From Chloropicon primus (taxonomy: Eukaryota), in assembly GCA_023205875.1 (NCBI GenBank), contig CP060770.1, positions 124,001-188,000 on the forward strand: a stretch of DNA of 64,000 bases, given 5' to 3'. The notes under the pieces are model-generated. The model was given only the letters and a program-made list of their open reading frames with translations, ran no database searches and was not told where the DNA came from. Each line of letters begins with the position of its first letter. The first letter of the stretch is position 1. Below, piece by piece: positions 42,151 through 53,846 of this stretch. The position numbers and the translations under genes are program-made.

Positions 42151-44176
42151 TCATTCGTGGGATGCGTTCCTCTCTTCTCTCTGCTGTTTCCCAATCGGAC
42201 CGCTGCTCGTGAGCCACACCAGAGTGACTTTCAAGTTGGCCAACAAGTACTTGAGGGCTTTAGTCCACTTATCGTTCATATTGAAACGCAGTCTTATGGT
42301 GTGGGAGCAAATCTTGTCGCCCTCGATCTTGTATGGGAGCTGGAAAGGTGGCTTGGTCTGGTGGGCGATATCATACTGCTTTGCATACACCGCGAACTCT
42401 TGCAGACACTGAAGGAAAATGCACATGGCCTGCGACAAGAAAAGATACAACAACGAGTCAGAAAAACTTCATACTCCGCTCCAGAAACACGAAAATGCAG
42501 CAGTCGAGAGGCTCTCTCTCTCTCTCTCTCTGCCTTAACCTCAACCTCGTGGTCTACGGCTTACCTTGTCGTAGTTTGCAGTCAGGAATTGAGTGACCGG
42601 CCCATACAAGTCATACGTGCTCTTGCCATCAGAAACCTTTGGATACGAGCCCATGGGTATGAGCCTGTTCTGAGAGAATTCGAACTCGTCGCAGCTGGAA
42701 GCCATGGTGTGCAGCAGAAGGACAGCCTGGCCCCAAGCTGCATTGATTTCATCCCATTCCACCTGAATCTTGCTCGTCTTACCCAACCGGAAACTGTTTA
42801 TCGTTCCAAAAGGCCCGTCGTGCCAGATGTGAAAAACGTCGTTGTAAATGTTTGTCCGCTTCAGAAGCTCCAGCTGGGCACAGGCACCCTCGATTTTGCT
42901 CACCAGCCCAGCCTTTTCCTCCAAGTGCGCGTCAAGCTCGAAATTGAAGTGGTTGAACCTCCTCCAGTAGTCTCGCTCTGTTCTGTCCAAGTCCTCGGTC
43001 TGCGATTTGAGGTCAAGTTTCTCGGCCTCCAACTCCTCTAGCTGCCTTTCGAGCTCAGCGATCTTCCCCTCCTCCTTCTCTTCCTCCTCCCGGCACTTTG
43101 CCATCTCCCTCTCGAACTGGGCCTCGTCCAAGGGCTGCTGGCCGGGGGAACAGCTACCACTCTTCTCGAGCCTGACCAACGCTTGCTGGTAGGCTTGGCA
43201 GTCCAATTCACATTCTGAGATCATCCTCTCCATCTCATCCTGAAGCAAAACGGCGCAGTCTCCGCATAGGAACTTCTCCTCCTGACCTCCGTCGTCACCC
43301 TCGCCGCCATCCACGTGGCCTTTGCCCTTTCTGTCCCCGGACTCGAACGAATCCAAGAGTTCCTTCACCGCTCTCAGCTTCTCGGCGTGCTCGTGGGTGC
43401 AGACCTGGACAACCTGGCTCACCAAAGGCTGCTTGCCGTACCCCGGCGAACCCAAGCCAAGGTGACTCCCAGCTGTCCCAACGTCAACAAATGAGTCTGC
43501 CACGCCGCTCTCCCGGCCCAAATTCCTTTCCCCTCCCCCCGAGTGGTGCTGCTGTTGCGAATGAAGGTTGAGACGATTCAGGTGGCTCTGCAAGTTCAAG
43601 TGGGCGTTGTCCTGGTGCCCGCCGAGGAGTACAAAACTCGATGCAGCGGACGACACCCCTTGAGCGAAGACTGAGTTTGGTTGCAGACCTGTCCCACTGC
43701 CTTGACCTAACCTCGACCCGCCGCCCCTCAACCTCGCGTCGCCAGAGCTACCGGTTACGGTTCGGCCTCCACCTTTCCCCTCAGCCCTCCCGCCACTCTG
43801 AACACGGTGCAAGTTCAGCGTCACGTGCTGTGGCAAGTCCACTAACGTGTTCTCATTCTCGCCGCTTTCTCCGGACTTTATCGTTTTCTTCTTGTTGCAC
43901 CGCTGGCACACCAAATAGCTCGGAGCTTTCGCTCCTTCCTTGTCCTTGCTCGTCGCCAGCGTCGCTTGGCCTGGGCTCCGCGCAGCCTCTTCACCAGGGG
44001 CATCAGGAGCATGCTGACTACGTGATGGAGTCTGGGTCGGGGAGGTTGCTAAGGCCGGCAATGTTGGCGTAGCGCCCTTCACCTAAAAGCAAACACACAC
44101 GAGAGAAGCAACCAGGCACAGAGAGACCCAGACCGTCGCTCGTTGTTTCAGTCTCCTTTCCTCAAGTGACGGTCCA

Positions 44177-44219
<43 letters not shown>

Positions 44220-44398
44220 TCCATGACTTGGGCCAATCCAATCGAGAGGAAGCATCACGGTCGTGCCCCTCTCATGCCCTCGCGAGTCTCCTTGCTTACC
44301 TGGAGGGTCTCTTCTTCCTCCTGCTTCTCTCCTGGGTCCGATTTTCTCGAAGAAGAGAAGGAAGAGGAGGACAACGAGTGCGATGATTGCGAAGACAT
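42151..44398 (-). CDS. ATG6: Beclin-1/ATG6, 3 exons
   Basis: CQRC, LCGDC, coiled coil, FHIWHDGPFGTINSFRLG, VEWDEINAAWGQ, WTKALKYLLANLK; introns 44083-44299 and 42430-42564. Confidence 0.95.
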
Positions 44399-44876
44399 AT
44401 TTCACCGTCCTTCCGAACCTCCCAACCTCACACAAAAAGTAAAGAACAGGATGCAAACCACTGCAAACGCTACCGGCCATCGAGACCAGGTTCCTTCCTT
44501 CCAAAAACAAGCAGACAAACCATATGCGTTTTCAGTCTCTGGCATCCTCAAAACGACGCTATTCGCTTCAAGCAGGTGCTCATGCGAAAGATCGCGAGAT
44601 GATCTTTCGATCAATGCCTTCCTTGTTCGCTCCTCTGCCTTTGCTCGCCGTCTGCCTCGTCCACAAACTCACCTCTGTGGTCGTCAGAAAAGGAAAAGAA
44701 CTCGTTTTAGTTTCACAACAACTTCACCAGAGCGCCGTTTCTTTCAAGTGAACCATCAATAGAAAGAGAAAGACACGATAATTCGACGTGTGTCACTTCC
44801 TTCCACTCCCCTCGCCCCTCCTCCTCGCCTCTTCCTCCTCAACACTCACCTTTTCGACCACGGGCTCCAGCTCTGG

Positions 44877-45218
44877 CTATTTCCCCACGCCTTGGTCGAA
44901 CTCAGGCCAACTCCACAGGAGGGAAGCGGAGGGAAGCGGAGGGAAGAGGGGGACGGTAGAGAGGGAGGGGAGGCGAACGGAGGACGAGAGACGAAAATAG
45001 ACCTCGCGAGCTTTCCAACGATACCTCGATTGACCCATTTGGCTTCCGGATCGGTCGAGGGATCGACTGGGAGGACGGAAAGGGAAGGAGAAAGTCCCGG
45101 AGTGGTCCACCTTGTCAAGACCAGTGACGTCGATTAAGACAGGTAAAGGAGAAGACCAGGGTACCAGACGAAAGAACATCTCATGATCTTTCGGTAGACT
45201 GGTCGCCGGCCCGGTTTG
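44877..45218. repeat. Element family B, third copy (~340 bp)
   Basis: Near-identical reverse complement of 35205-35549. Confidence 0.95.
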
Positions 45219-45288
45219 TGTCTGAATCGCGCAAAGAAGAGACTTTTTTAGAGTAACGCCTGGAAGTGGAGTGTCACCTCATCTCTCC

Positions 45289-46044
45289 ATGGCGTGGCAA
45301 GTGACCACAACAGCGGGAGAGGAGAGCGATGGATTGGACTCCGTGTCGTGTCTCGAGTGTCTTCCAAGCTTCGAGCGTGCGGGATTCGTTCTGCTGACCC
45401 GTTTCACCACGAGTGAGGCAGCTGACTCGCTCGAGGAGGAGGAGGTGACGGTTTGGGCAACAGACGGACGGCGAGCGTGGAGGGGCACGGGACTGAGGAA
45501 GCCTGCGGGGTCTCACGAGCTTTGGGCGGAGACTCTGATGCAAGCCCTCGGGGGGAAGGGGGGATGTTCGTCGAAAAGGGAAGTGGACTTGGTGGTTGAG
45601 GCGGACAGCGTGGGTGACCTCAGGGTCCAGTGGAGCTGGAAAGATAGGATACAAGGGGACGAGATCAAGATGAAGTGCACTTTGGGACGATCGCTAGAAA
45701 GGCTGGGCGAAGCGTCTGCCTCGACTGCTATTCTGTCCATGATGTGCGTGCTCGCTGACTCGCACAAGTCTGTGGGGACGGCAAAAAGGGAGCAGGAGCA
45801 ATTGAAGGCCAAGTACGATCGGTACAGAGACAGGGAAGAGCAAAGAATGAAAGCCGTATTGAGAAAGTGCACAGGTTTGCTGAATGAGAAGAAAGAAAAG
45901 ATCAGGCAGCTTCAACTGTCCGGGGGTCACCACGACGGACAAAGTGACCACGACCAACTCAACCTTTTCCTCCTCGGTGGCGGGGGTGGTGCTGGCGACT
46001 CCCTGGCGGGCATGGCGGTGGTGAAGAAGAGAAGGAAAAGGTAG
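45289..46044 (+). CDS. XRCC4: XRCC4-like NHEJ protein
   Basis: Head-domain-like ATDGRRAWRG; coiled coil with LLNEKKEKIRQL resembling the ligase-IV-binding LNEKKxKIRxL segment; terminal KKRRKR NLS-like stretch. Confidence 0.7.
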   Translation: MAWQVTTTAGEESDGLDSVSCLECLPSFERAGFVLLTRFTTSEAADSLEEEEVTVWATDGRRAWRGTGLRKPAGSHELWAETLMQALGGKGGCSSKREVDLVVEADSVGDLRVQWSWKDRIQGDEIKMKCTLGRSLERLGEASASTAILSMMCVLADSHKSVGTAKREQEQLKAKYDRYRDREEQRMKAVLRKCTGLLNEKKEKIRQLQLSGGHHDGQSDHDQLNLFLLGGGGGAGDSLAGMAVVKKRRKR

Positions 46045-46168
46045 AGCCTGGTGGTGTTTTTTGGTCTAAACTTCTTATGTACACAACAAAGAATTTGTAT
46101 TATTGCTACACCTTGGGAAAAACACAAAATACCCGCTATTATTGTACTTTCCCCTCTTCTTTCTTCCC

Positions 46169-49100
46169 TCACATGCCGCACGGTCCGCTCTGCAGGCCGC
46201 AGGGACATGGTTCTTCCCTGGATTCCATCTCAGGAGGTGAGGCCTCGTCCTGCTTGGCTTCCTCTTCCTTTTTCACGTCTTCCTCGGTTTCTTTAGCCTT
46301 GACTGGTTGAAAAGGTTGCGCCAGAACCGACAATTCATGAGGTGTCGGCGGGGCAGGCCTCTGTGCGGTTGGAGGCATCACCTGGGGAACCACCTGGGGG
46401 CCCTGAGGCATGAAGTAATTCATTTGCATCGGACCTGGAAAGTAGGGAGGAGGCATCGGCATGCCGACCCCGTGGGGAGGCTGCATTCCCATCGCAGGAA
46501 CTCCCATGGTGCCAGGGGCAGGGGGAATGAACATGGGCATACCATTGACGCCCACAGGCGGCGGTGGGGCCATCATATTCACGCCTGGCTGCATAACAGG
46601 CGGTACGCCGCCCATCATCATCTGTCGCGGCATCAATGGTGCCCCTCCTGGAACTGCGTTCGGCACCGCATCTGGTGGTGACTCTGCGCCGGAGGTTTTT
46701 GGCGGTTCGTCCACCACACCTGACTCAGAAGCCGGCTCCTCAGTGGTCTGAGACGAATTCGACACCAAGGCTGGCTGCTGCTGCTGTGCAGTGGCAGGTG
46801 ATGGCCACTCCTCAGAGTTCATCGAAAGCTGTGGTGGCCGTTGCTCTTTCTCCTTGACCACTGCTGGTGCTGATGCCTTTCCTCCCTTGCTTTTCTTCTT
46901 GCCGCCCTCCTTGGACTTGTCCTTCTTACCCGCGCCATTGCCTCCCCTCTTTGGCTCCTTTTCCTTCTTGCTCCGTCTCTTGGTGGACGTCACGACAGTA
47001 AAGCCATCGTCGTCGCTGTTGCCCGCGCTCTTGACTTCGGCCTCCACTTGGAAACCTCCATGCGTTTGCAGGTCTGCTTCCTCCGCGCTGGGAAGGAAAT
47101 CTCCCATGAGCTCTGCCCTTCTCCTCTCGATAACTTCTTCCTCCATCTTTCTTCTCATCTCGCGCAACCTCTCCTTCTCCCTCCTCTCCTTTTCCTCCTT
47201 TTCCTCCTTTTCCTTCTCTCTCTTCAGCTCCAAGTCCTTGAGCTCCCTCTCCCTTTTCTCAGACTCTTCCTTGAGTCTCTCCCGCTGAAGCCGTTTTTCT
47301 TCCTTCTGCTTATTCCTCTTCTTCTGCTTCTTCTCCCTGTCCTGGGATCTCTTGAGCTCCGCTTCAACTTCCAACCGGAGGATCTCATCCTCGGCCTCCT
47401 TGGCCTTCCTCTGCATGTGGTCCTCGGCCCCAAGATCAATAGTGCGCTGGTGGCGTGGAAGGAGAAGGTTGCCTCCTATCAGGGCACCGGGATCATCGCA
47501 GGCAAGGTTTACGATGTTTGTTTCCATGTGAGACAGCGCCGCGCAACCCGCGTCTATCCTCTTTTCGAGCTCTTTCAAAACATCGTTGATCCACTTGAAG
47601 AAGAACCTGTCCTCCTTCTCTGTGTACAGCTGCCTTCTGATGTCCTTGTGGAAGTAGGACCTGCACTTCTCCCTCATCTTGCTGTCGTCGTCACCGCCGC
47701 CATTCTCAGTCAAGTCGGAGCTCGCCGGAGCTTGCCGGAGCTTGCCGCCATTTTTATCGCTGCCCTCCAAAGAGGAGGCCTTGGGATCTTTGGCCTTGTC
47801 ACCATCCGTTCCGCTCTTCCTCTCGTCCTCGGCCTGCTCCTTCAATTCCCTTCTGTTTTCTAGAATCTGCTTGAAGTTGCCCGCCATGTTGTCGATGGTT
47901 CGCTTCCAACCAGTGAGCTGCTTCATCTCGCTGTCCTTCTGGGCCATCTCCACTTCGAACTCCTGCCTCTTGCCAAAGAGCATCTTCAGATGCACTCCTT
48001 GCTCTCTAAAAGCGCTCTGGACTTCGATCTGCTCCTCGATTGCAGCGTCTTGCAGCTGGGCACGATGCCTTTCCATCTCGGCCTGATTTCTGTAGGACCC
48101 CTCGCCAGGGTTTGCTCCAGAGATTGTGCCCCTTGGGTTCGCCTTGAGCTCCTCCAGCTCATTCTTCAGCCTCTCGAACTCTGGCTCGGTCTGCCTAAGC
48201 TGCGCTCTCACATTCCTCAGCCTCTTCTCACAGTTCTCGTGCTCATGAGCCAGCGAATACAGCTTCGCCTCGGTCAAGAGGCCCTCCCTCTTCAGCATCT
48301 CGTAGATGACCTGATCAGGCACAAAATTTGTGACGGAACCATCCTCTGGCTCCACGGAGACCATCTTATTGCCTGCTTCAAGGTCCTCACTGGCTTGCTG
48401 TATCTCCATCAACTGCTCCGTGAGCTCCTGGTTGAGTTTCCTGCTTTTCACCATCTCCTCCAAGTACCACTTTGCTTTCTTCTTCTTTTGCTCGAGCTCG
48501 TACTGCTCCGTCAGACCCTGAATGAAAGCGTTGTAGAGCTCCTCGATACCCACGGGCTGCTGCCCGAGCTGTATCCCAGCTGCAGCCCTGGACTTTTCAG
48601 CCGTCGAGACGATGCTGCCGTACACCCAGTCCAGCACAAGGCCCACCTTGTGCTCGTTCTCCGCGCCGCTCACTTTCATGGGGTGGCCGTCCTCGCTGAG
48701 GCACCTCTCTTCCAAGTGATTGAGCCATTTGGGGTTCACGACAAGCATAGCCCCAGCTCCTGCCTTGTCCCCGGCCTCGCTCTCACTGGACGCGGCGTCT
48801 TCAAGCTGGAACAAGTCCACGTCCCCCATCCCCTCCTCCTCGTCCTCGTCCTCGTTCTCCCCTTGAATGCCCCTGCCATCCTTTCCCCCGGATGGCTCGC
48901 CGTCCTGGGGCTCGCCGTCCTCCTCACCATCGCCAGGCTTCAACCTCGAGCTCAGCCCGTCGATCTTTTCTGTCAGGAATTCGCTGATCTTGCTGACGTC
49001 TTCCAACGTGAGGCTGTCCAAGTCCTCAAAGAAGAGCTCCTCCTTGCTGGACGCCCGGTTGTCAGGCTCAAGCTTGTCGCACACAAAGTCCGTCACAGGA

Positions 49101-50203
49101 AAGAGGAAAGCATGGTAGAGCAACTCGTGCTCGTGCTGGAGGGCCCCCAACATCATCGTAATCAGCTCGACCTGGTTGTTCCTGATGTTGCTCAGGTGGT
49201 CGTTCCTGCTCGCGTACCTCTTGCTTAGCTTCATCCTCCTGCTACTGTTCATGTCATTCAGCTGCTCCCTCTCCCTCAGTGCCTCTCTGTCCGCACCCTG
49301 CGACTTGGCACCCTCCGCCGAATCCTTGCCGTTGTCGGCAAGAGTCCTGTTGGCGGGGGGGTCCCCTTTGTTCCCGCCCCCCACTTGCGGGCTGTTCAAC
49401 TGGAAGTTGTTGCTGTTCACCTCGTTCAACAGTTTGTGCATCCTCAACCTAAGCTCGGTCTCGGCTTCGAACTCCATCTTGCTGTTCCAGTCCCTCTCCA
49501 TCAGCATATCATAGAGCTCCTTGGGGTAACACGCCTGCAGGTACTGCTTGAATCGCTCCCCGTCATGAAACTCGACTTTCCCCGACGAAGTCGCAGAGGC
49601 TGGCGTTGCGGCAGGCTCGGCGCTCGACTCTTCCCTTGGCTTGAGGGCGTCCCACGGGATCCAAGCTTTCCACGTGCCTTGTCTCTTCAGCCGCCCAAGA
49701 CCCCTCTCAAGCTCGCCCTTGAGGTGAGACGGTGCCGTCAGATCGACCTCGCCCCCGTCGTCAACGGCCTCGGAAGCGTCTCCCGCAGTCGAAACAGCCG
49801 AGGAGGCCTCCCTTCTGCCCACTTCCTGCGCGGCAGCCGCGTTCAGCTCCCTCAGCAGGTCGTTCAAAGGCACCGAGAGCATCTTCCTCCTCTCTTCCAG
49901 TCCCAAGCTCTTCCAGAACTCCATGACCCTCTCGACCCTTCCATGAGGATCGAGGTTGGACACCGCATTGTTCCCTCCGTTGGCATCGTGCTGGCCGCCC
50001 CCAGGGCCGGCACTGTTCACATCCGTCCCCAACAGCAACTGGTGGGAGTTTCCTCCGCCCCCGTTCTGACTTTCGTGGTGGTGGCTTCCGTCCCCCGAAT
50101 TGTCCTCTGCGCCTCCACCGTTTCGCTTCTTCTGGACGTTACCGCCCCCCCCACCCTTCTTGGCCCCCTTCTTCTGTTGCTTCCCCTTCTTCCCGACTCC
50201 CAT
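46169..50203 (-). CDS. Large coiled-coil protein (~1344 aa), possibly DUF629-related, Pro/Met-rich tail
   Basis: Single long ORF; FWKSLGLEERRKMLSVPLNDL and GTWKAW recall plant DUF629 proteins (tentative). Confidence 0.85.
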   Translation of the reverse strand: MGVGKKGKQQKKGAKKGGGGGNVQKKRNGGGAEDNSGDGSHHHESQNGGGGNSHQLLLGTDVNSAGPGGGQHDANGGNNAVSNLDPHGRVERVMEFWKSLGLEERRKMLSVPLNDLLRELNAAAAQEVGRREASSAVSTAGDASEAVDDGGEVDLTAPSHLKGELERGLGRLKRQGTWKAWIPWDALKPREESSAEPAATPASATSSGKVEFHDGERFKQYLQACYPKELYDMLMERDWNSKMEFEAETELRLRMHKLLNEVNSNNFQLNSPQVGGGNKGDPPANRTLADNGKDSAEGAKSQGADREALREREQLNDMNSSRRMKLSKRYASRNDHLSNIRNNQVELITMMLGALQHEHELLYHAFLFPVTDFVCDKLEPDNRASSKEELFFEDLDSLTLEDVSKISEFLTEKIDGLSSRLKPGDGEEDGEPQDGEPSGGKDGRGIQGENEDEDEEEGMGDVDLFQLEDAASSESEAGDKAGAGAMLVVNPKWLNHLEERCLSEDGHPMKVSGAENEHKVGLVLDWVYGSIVSTAEKSRAAAGIQLGQQPVGIEELYNAFIQGLTEQYELEQKKKKAKWYLEEMVKSRKLNQELTEQLMEIQQASEDLEAGNKMVSVEPEDGSVTNFVPDQVIYEMLKREGLLTEAKLYSLAHEHENCEKRLRNVRAQLRQTEPEFERLKNELEELKANPRGTISGANPGEGSYRNQAEMERHRAQLQDAAIEEQIEVQSAFREQGVHLKMLFGKRQEFEVEMAQKDSEMKQLTGWKRTIDNMAGNFKQILENRRELKEQAEDERKSGTDGDKAKDPKASSLEGSDKNGGKLRQAPASSDLTENGGGDDDSKMREKCRSYFHKDIRRQLYTEKEDRFFFKWINDVLKELEKRIDAGCAALSHMETNIVNLACDDPGALIGGNLLLPRHQRTIDLGAEDHMQRKAKEAEDEILRLEVEAELKRSQDREKKQKKRNKQKEEKRLQRERLKEESEKRERELKDLELKREKEKEEKEEKERREKERLREMRRKMEEEVIERRRAELMGDFLPSAEEADLQTHGGFQVEAEVKSAGNSDDDGFTVVTSTKRRSKKEKEPKRGGNGAGKKDKSKEGGKKKSKGGKASAPAVVKEKEQRPPQLSMNSEEWPSPATAQQQQPALVSNSSQTTEEPASESGVVDEPPKTSGAESPPDAVPNAVPGGAPLMPRQMMMGGVPPVMQPGVNMMAPPPPVGVNGMPMFIPPAPGTMGVPAMGMQPPHGVGMPMPPPYFPGPMQMNYFMPQGPQVVPQVMPPTAQRPAPPTPHELSVLAQPFQPVKAKETEEDVKKEEEAKQDEASPPEMESREEPCPCGLQSGPCGM

Positions 50204-51416
50204 GGCCGCCAAACCACAACAAAGGCCAAGGTAACTTCACCAAAATCGAGGAGTTGAGCGAGGGGGGACCCAATTCCACGACAACTGCAAGAAGAAACAC
50301 CGAGCTGACTGAACTTTCCTTCCCACAACAAACGCCACAGACACCTGCTGACTGGACGAGTGAGTGAAACGGAAACGCCTCAAGGAGGGGTGAGGTGAAG
50401 TGAAGCGGTTTGCTGACGAGAAGAGAAGAGGCTCAAGGCGTTGGTTTGGGACCTCCGCAAGAACGCGCGCCCGCGTGCCAGGGAATCGAGCCTCCGACCT
50501 CTCCGCTCGACACGAAACCGAACGAAATCCTTTCCCTCTCTCTCTCTCCGAGTAGAGTAGCCACGTGCTTGGCCAGGTGGCACTTTCACTTTCACCTCCT
50601 CCGTTCACGTTCCGTAACGTGCGAGCCTCGGAAGAAAAACAAGGGAAAGAAAACAAGAGATCGCGCGCGACAAGCGACCGAGCGTTACGAATGTCCTCGA
50701 GCGTAACGCCTTCCCGCGCTGATGCGGAACCCGAGGCAGGCCTCCCTCGGGATCCCTCTCTCCGAAGAACGCTGCGAAGGTCACGGAGCGTTTTGTCCTC
50801 CGATGGTGTCCAAATGGAGGAAGCGAGGGCTCTTTCGAAAGAGAAAAGCGAGATCTTTCGTTATGTCCCCCTCGCGATGAACTCTTTCCCTCACTCCGCG
50901 CCAAGGAACCAACCTCAAACTCCTCTTCGTGCTTCGCTCCTGTGGCGGCAGCGACGCTCCATCCACTCACTTCAACTTCAAATTTGAACCCTTCGAACTT
51001 GGAATTTTAAATTCCACGAGAGAGGTGATCTCTCTGTGGAATTTCGAGCGTAACGCCCCTTCCTATTTTGCGGCTAGAGACGTATCACGGAACTGGATGT
51101 CGGAAGAAAATCGGTCGATGGCTTCGAGGGGCTTTTTTATTCATTTTCTGATCAGGGGATGGAGGAGGATCAGTGAAGGTACCCTTTGGCGGTCGAGTTC
51201 GTGCACCGAGGTACGTAGAGGGTGATCAGGTCGTCTAATGTTGGTCCAATGGGTTCGGAATAGATCGTGTGAGGTCGAGTTCGTCTTTTTTTTGCCAAAG
51301 AAATCGACCCGTGGCTCGAACAGAGAGGGGAGGATCATGATCAGGGGAGTCATGCATGCTGACGTTCTGTGTGTTATCGAGTGATCAGGCAGGAGAGAGA
51401 GAGAGAGGCGCACGGG

Positions 51417-52766
51417 ATGATGAAGAGGACGTCCTGGATGAGTGCGGTCGTGCTGGCGGCGGTTTTGGTGGTTTGCCTGGGCGGCCAGGGTGCGGAGGCC
51501 TTCCTTCCGAGGTGGTGGCCCGCCGGGGGCGCGACCGGGGGTGATCCCGCCGCTGTCCCAGCGGCAGCGGAGTGCCCGGCGGACGTCATCGAGAGGCTCC
51601 AGACCTTGAGCTTCGAGGAGCTCAAGCTGGTGTGCCCCACCCGCTCGGACGTGCCCCACGACTTGGCGACGTGCTCGCAGTGCTCGTGCGGGGCGTACAA
51701 GCTCATCAAGGAGGCCGTGGGGACCAGCGACGAGGACATTCACGCCCTGGCGGAGAGGTGCGGCCCCATCGTTTCCATCGACACCGCGTTCGACGGCTTG
51801 AACTTGAAGGCGGTCGTAGACTTTCTCAACTTGTGCAAGGAGGTCCCGGAGCAGGTGGACTTCAAGACGTGCGAGCCCGTGGAGGTGAGCGCGATGAGCG
51901 GCCCAAGCGACAACATCAACGCCGACGCGCTGCTCTCCTTCCTCAGGACCGACCTGAACGGAATCACCGAGGACGAGATGATCCAGTTCCTCGGCGTGGC
52001 GCAGGACCTCGACTTGGCCGACAACCACGACGGCCTCGTCGACGACGTCTCCAAGACGGTCGCGGAGGTGGAGAACTTTGTGCGCCTGGTCAACTTGGGG
52101 CAAAACGTCGTGCCCGAGAGCATGAACGACTCCAGCATTCTCTGCCCCGGCTTCACCTCGGAGGGAAGCTGCGAGACTTTCGAGGAGCTCAGGAGGATCT
52201 GCCCTTGGTCCTGCGAGAGGCAAAAAGAGGAGTGCTCGATGGCCACGCCGGAGACCTGCGGGGAGTCCGTCTTCCTCGAGGCCTGCCCCGTCACGTGCAG
52301 GCAGCTCCAGGTGCTGACCTCCAACCTGCCAATCACCCTGGACGGCGCCATTCAGATCACCAGCTTGACCGATGGCACCGCGATCAAGACGAACAACCTC
52401 AAGGGCTCCGTGGAGCAGGGCTGCATGTGTTTCAACGTCTTCCAACCCGTCTGCAACAAGGAGACTGGGGAGATGTACGCCAACTTGTGCGAGGCCGAGT
52501 GCAATGGGGTGCACGAGAACACCGGGCCTTGCAGGGAGACGTCCATGGATAGCGTGATGAAGTTCGCGGCCACCCAGTCAAGCATGACTCCGGAGGAGAT
52601 CCAGCGCATGGTGGACGGCCACAACCACAACCACGTCAAGCAACACCACAACTTGCAGGAGGCAAAGGATGTCAAGAGCCAGACCAATGCAGGGGTGGGA
52701 TTAAGCTCTTTTGCCCTCCTTCCGCTCTCGCTCGCGCTGTCCTCCGCCTACTTTGGCTTGCTGTGA
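51417..52766 (+). CDS. Secreted Cys-rich protein with Kazal-like and ShK-like motifs, possible GPI anchor
   Basis: Signal peptide ...GAEA, CPWSC and CPVTC, CMCFNVFQPVC....MYANLCEAEC (Kazal), hydrophobic C-terminus. Confidence 0.85.
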   Translation: MMKRTSWMSAVVLAAVLVVCLGGQGAEAFLPRWWPAGGATGGDPAAVPAAAECPADVIERLQTLSFEELKLVCPTRSDVPHDLATCSQCSCGAYKLIKEAVGTSDEDIHALAERCGPIVSIDTAFDGLNLKAVVDFLNLCKEVPEQVDFKTCEPVEVSAMSGPSDNINADALLSFLRTDLNGITEDEMIQFLGVAQDLDLADNHDGLVDDVSKTVAEVENFVRLVNLGQNVVPESMNDSSILCPGFTSEGSCETFEELRRICPWSCERQKEECSMATPETCGESVFLEACPVTCRQLQVLTSNLPITLDGAIQITSLTDGTAIKTNNLKGSVEQGCMCFNVFQPVCNKETGEMYANLCEAECNGVHENTGPCRETSMDSVMKFAATQSSMTPEEIQRMVDGHNHNHVKQHHNLQEAKDVKSQTNAGVGLSSFALLPLSLALSSAYFGLL

Positions 52767-52854
52767 AGGCAGTGATGGTGCCGCCACATATAAACTCGCG
52801 TGCGTTTGAGTACATGAGCCACAATCAATCACAACCATGATTTGTTATTTATTT

Positions 52855-53846
52855 CTATAGACCGTGCTGGCCTTTGATCTCGTCCAGTAGACCTTCGCAG
52901 GCGTCCTCGAGCAAGTCGATGACCTTGTCAAAGCCACCGGCGTAGTAAGGATCTGCGCACGGGAGCGAGAGCGAGAATCGTAAGCTTGCCTGAAACCAAG
53001 GAAAGGGACGCGCGCAGACCGAGACTCACCTGGAACCTTGGAAACGTTGTGCTCCCTGCAGTAGTCGGCCATGTTCAAAACTTTGTAGGAGCCCTCGCCC
53101 TCGCGAGGGATGCCCCAAGCGTTCGCCGCAGTTCGGATTGCCGTCAAGTTGCTCTCGTCCATTCCGACGATGTACTCAAACCTCCCAAAGTCGCCCTCGT
53201 TCAGAGGCCGAGACGTGCTGGTGATGGTGATCCCCCTCTCGCTGGCGGCCTGCTTCATCCTCGGGTCCGAGCTCTCGCCCTCGTGGTAGGACCACCCACC
53301 CTCCTGGTACCAGTTCGGATTCCCCCCGCCGGTGCCGCAGCTCTCGACGAGGAACCTCTCCGCCAGCCCCGCCTTCTTGACGCACTCCCCGAACACCGCT
53401 GAGAGCGTGGGACAAAGGGGAGAGAGATTAGCAACAAAAGCGTCAGTGAACGCGTCACGAGATCGATTGCCAAAGGGAAAATGCCAACGTCTCAGCCCAG
53501 AGCACCTGACTCTCCTCGCGTTCTACTCACCTTCTGCCGTTGGACTCCGGCAGATGTTGCCCAAGCAAACGAAGATGACGCCAACCTTTCCCTCCTCCTC
53601 GATCTCCCGGGACGAGGCACGCACGATTCTCGCCGACGAAACCCTCCTGCCTCTCCCTTCCGACCCAAGCACCCTCCAGCTCGGTGCTCGGCCTCCTCCA
53701 GCACCAAGACATCTTTCACCCTCGCCGTGTCGTTGATGGCACTTCACGGAGCGAGGAGACCAAGCCAGCGACGGGATCTGAGCCCGACCCTTCGCTGCTT
53801 CGAGACCTAGACCCCAGTAACCGCTCGCGCTCGCCCTCGCCACCAT
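52855..53846 (-). CDS. Low-molecular-weight protein tyrosine phosphatase, 3 exons
   Basis: FVCLGNICRSPTAE P-loop, IVGMDESN, VP|DPYY; introns ~53399-53530 and ~52953-53049. Confidence 0.93.

Noticed and set aside
44147..44510. 120-aa minus ORF with hydrophobic stretch
   Set aside because: Overlaps ATG6 exon 1 and intron in another frame; includes a (CT)n tract
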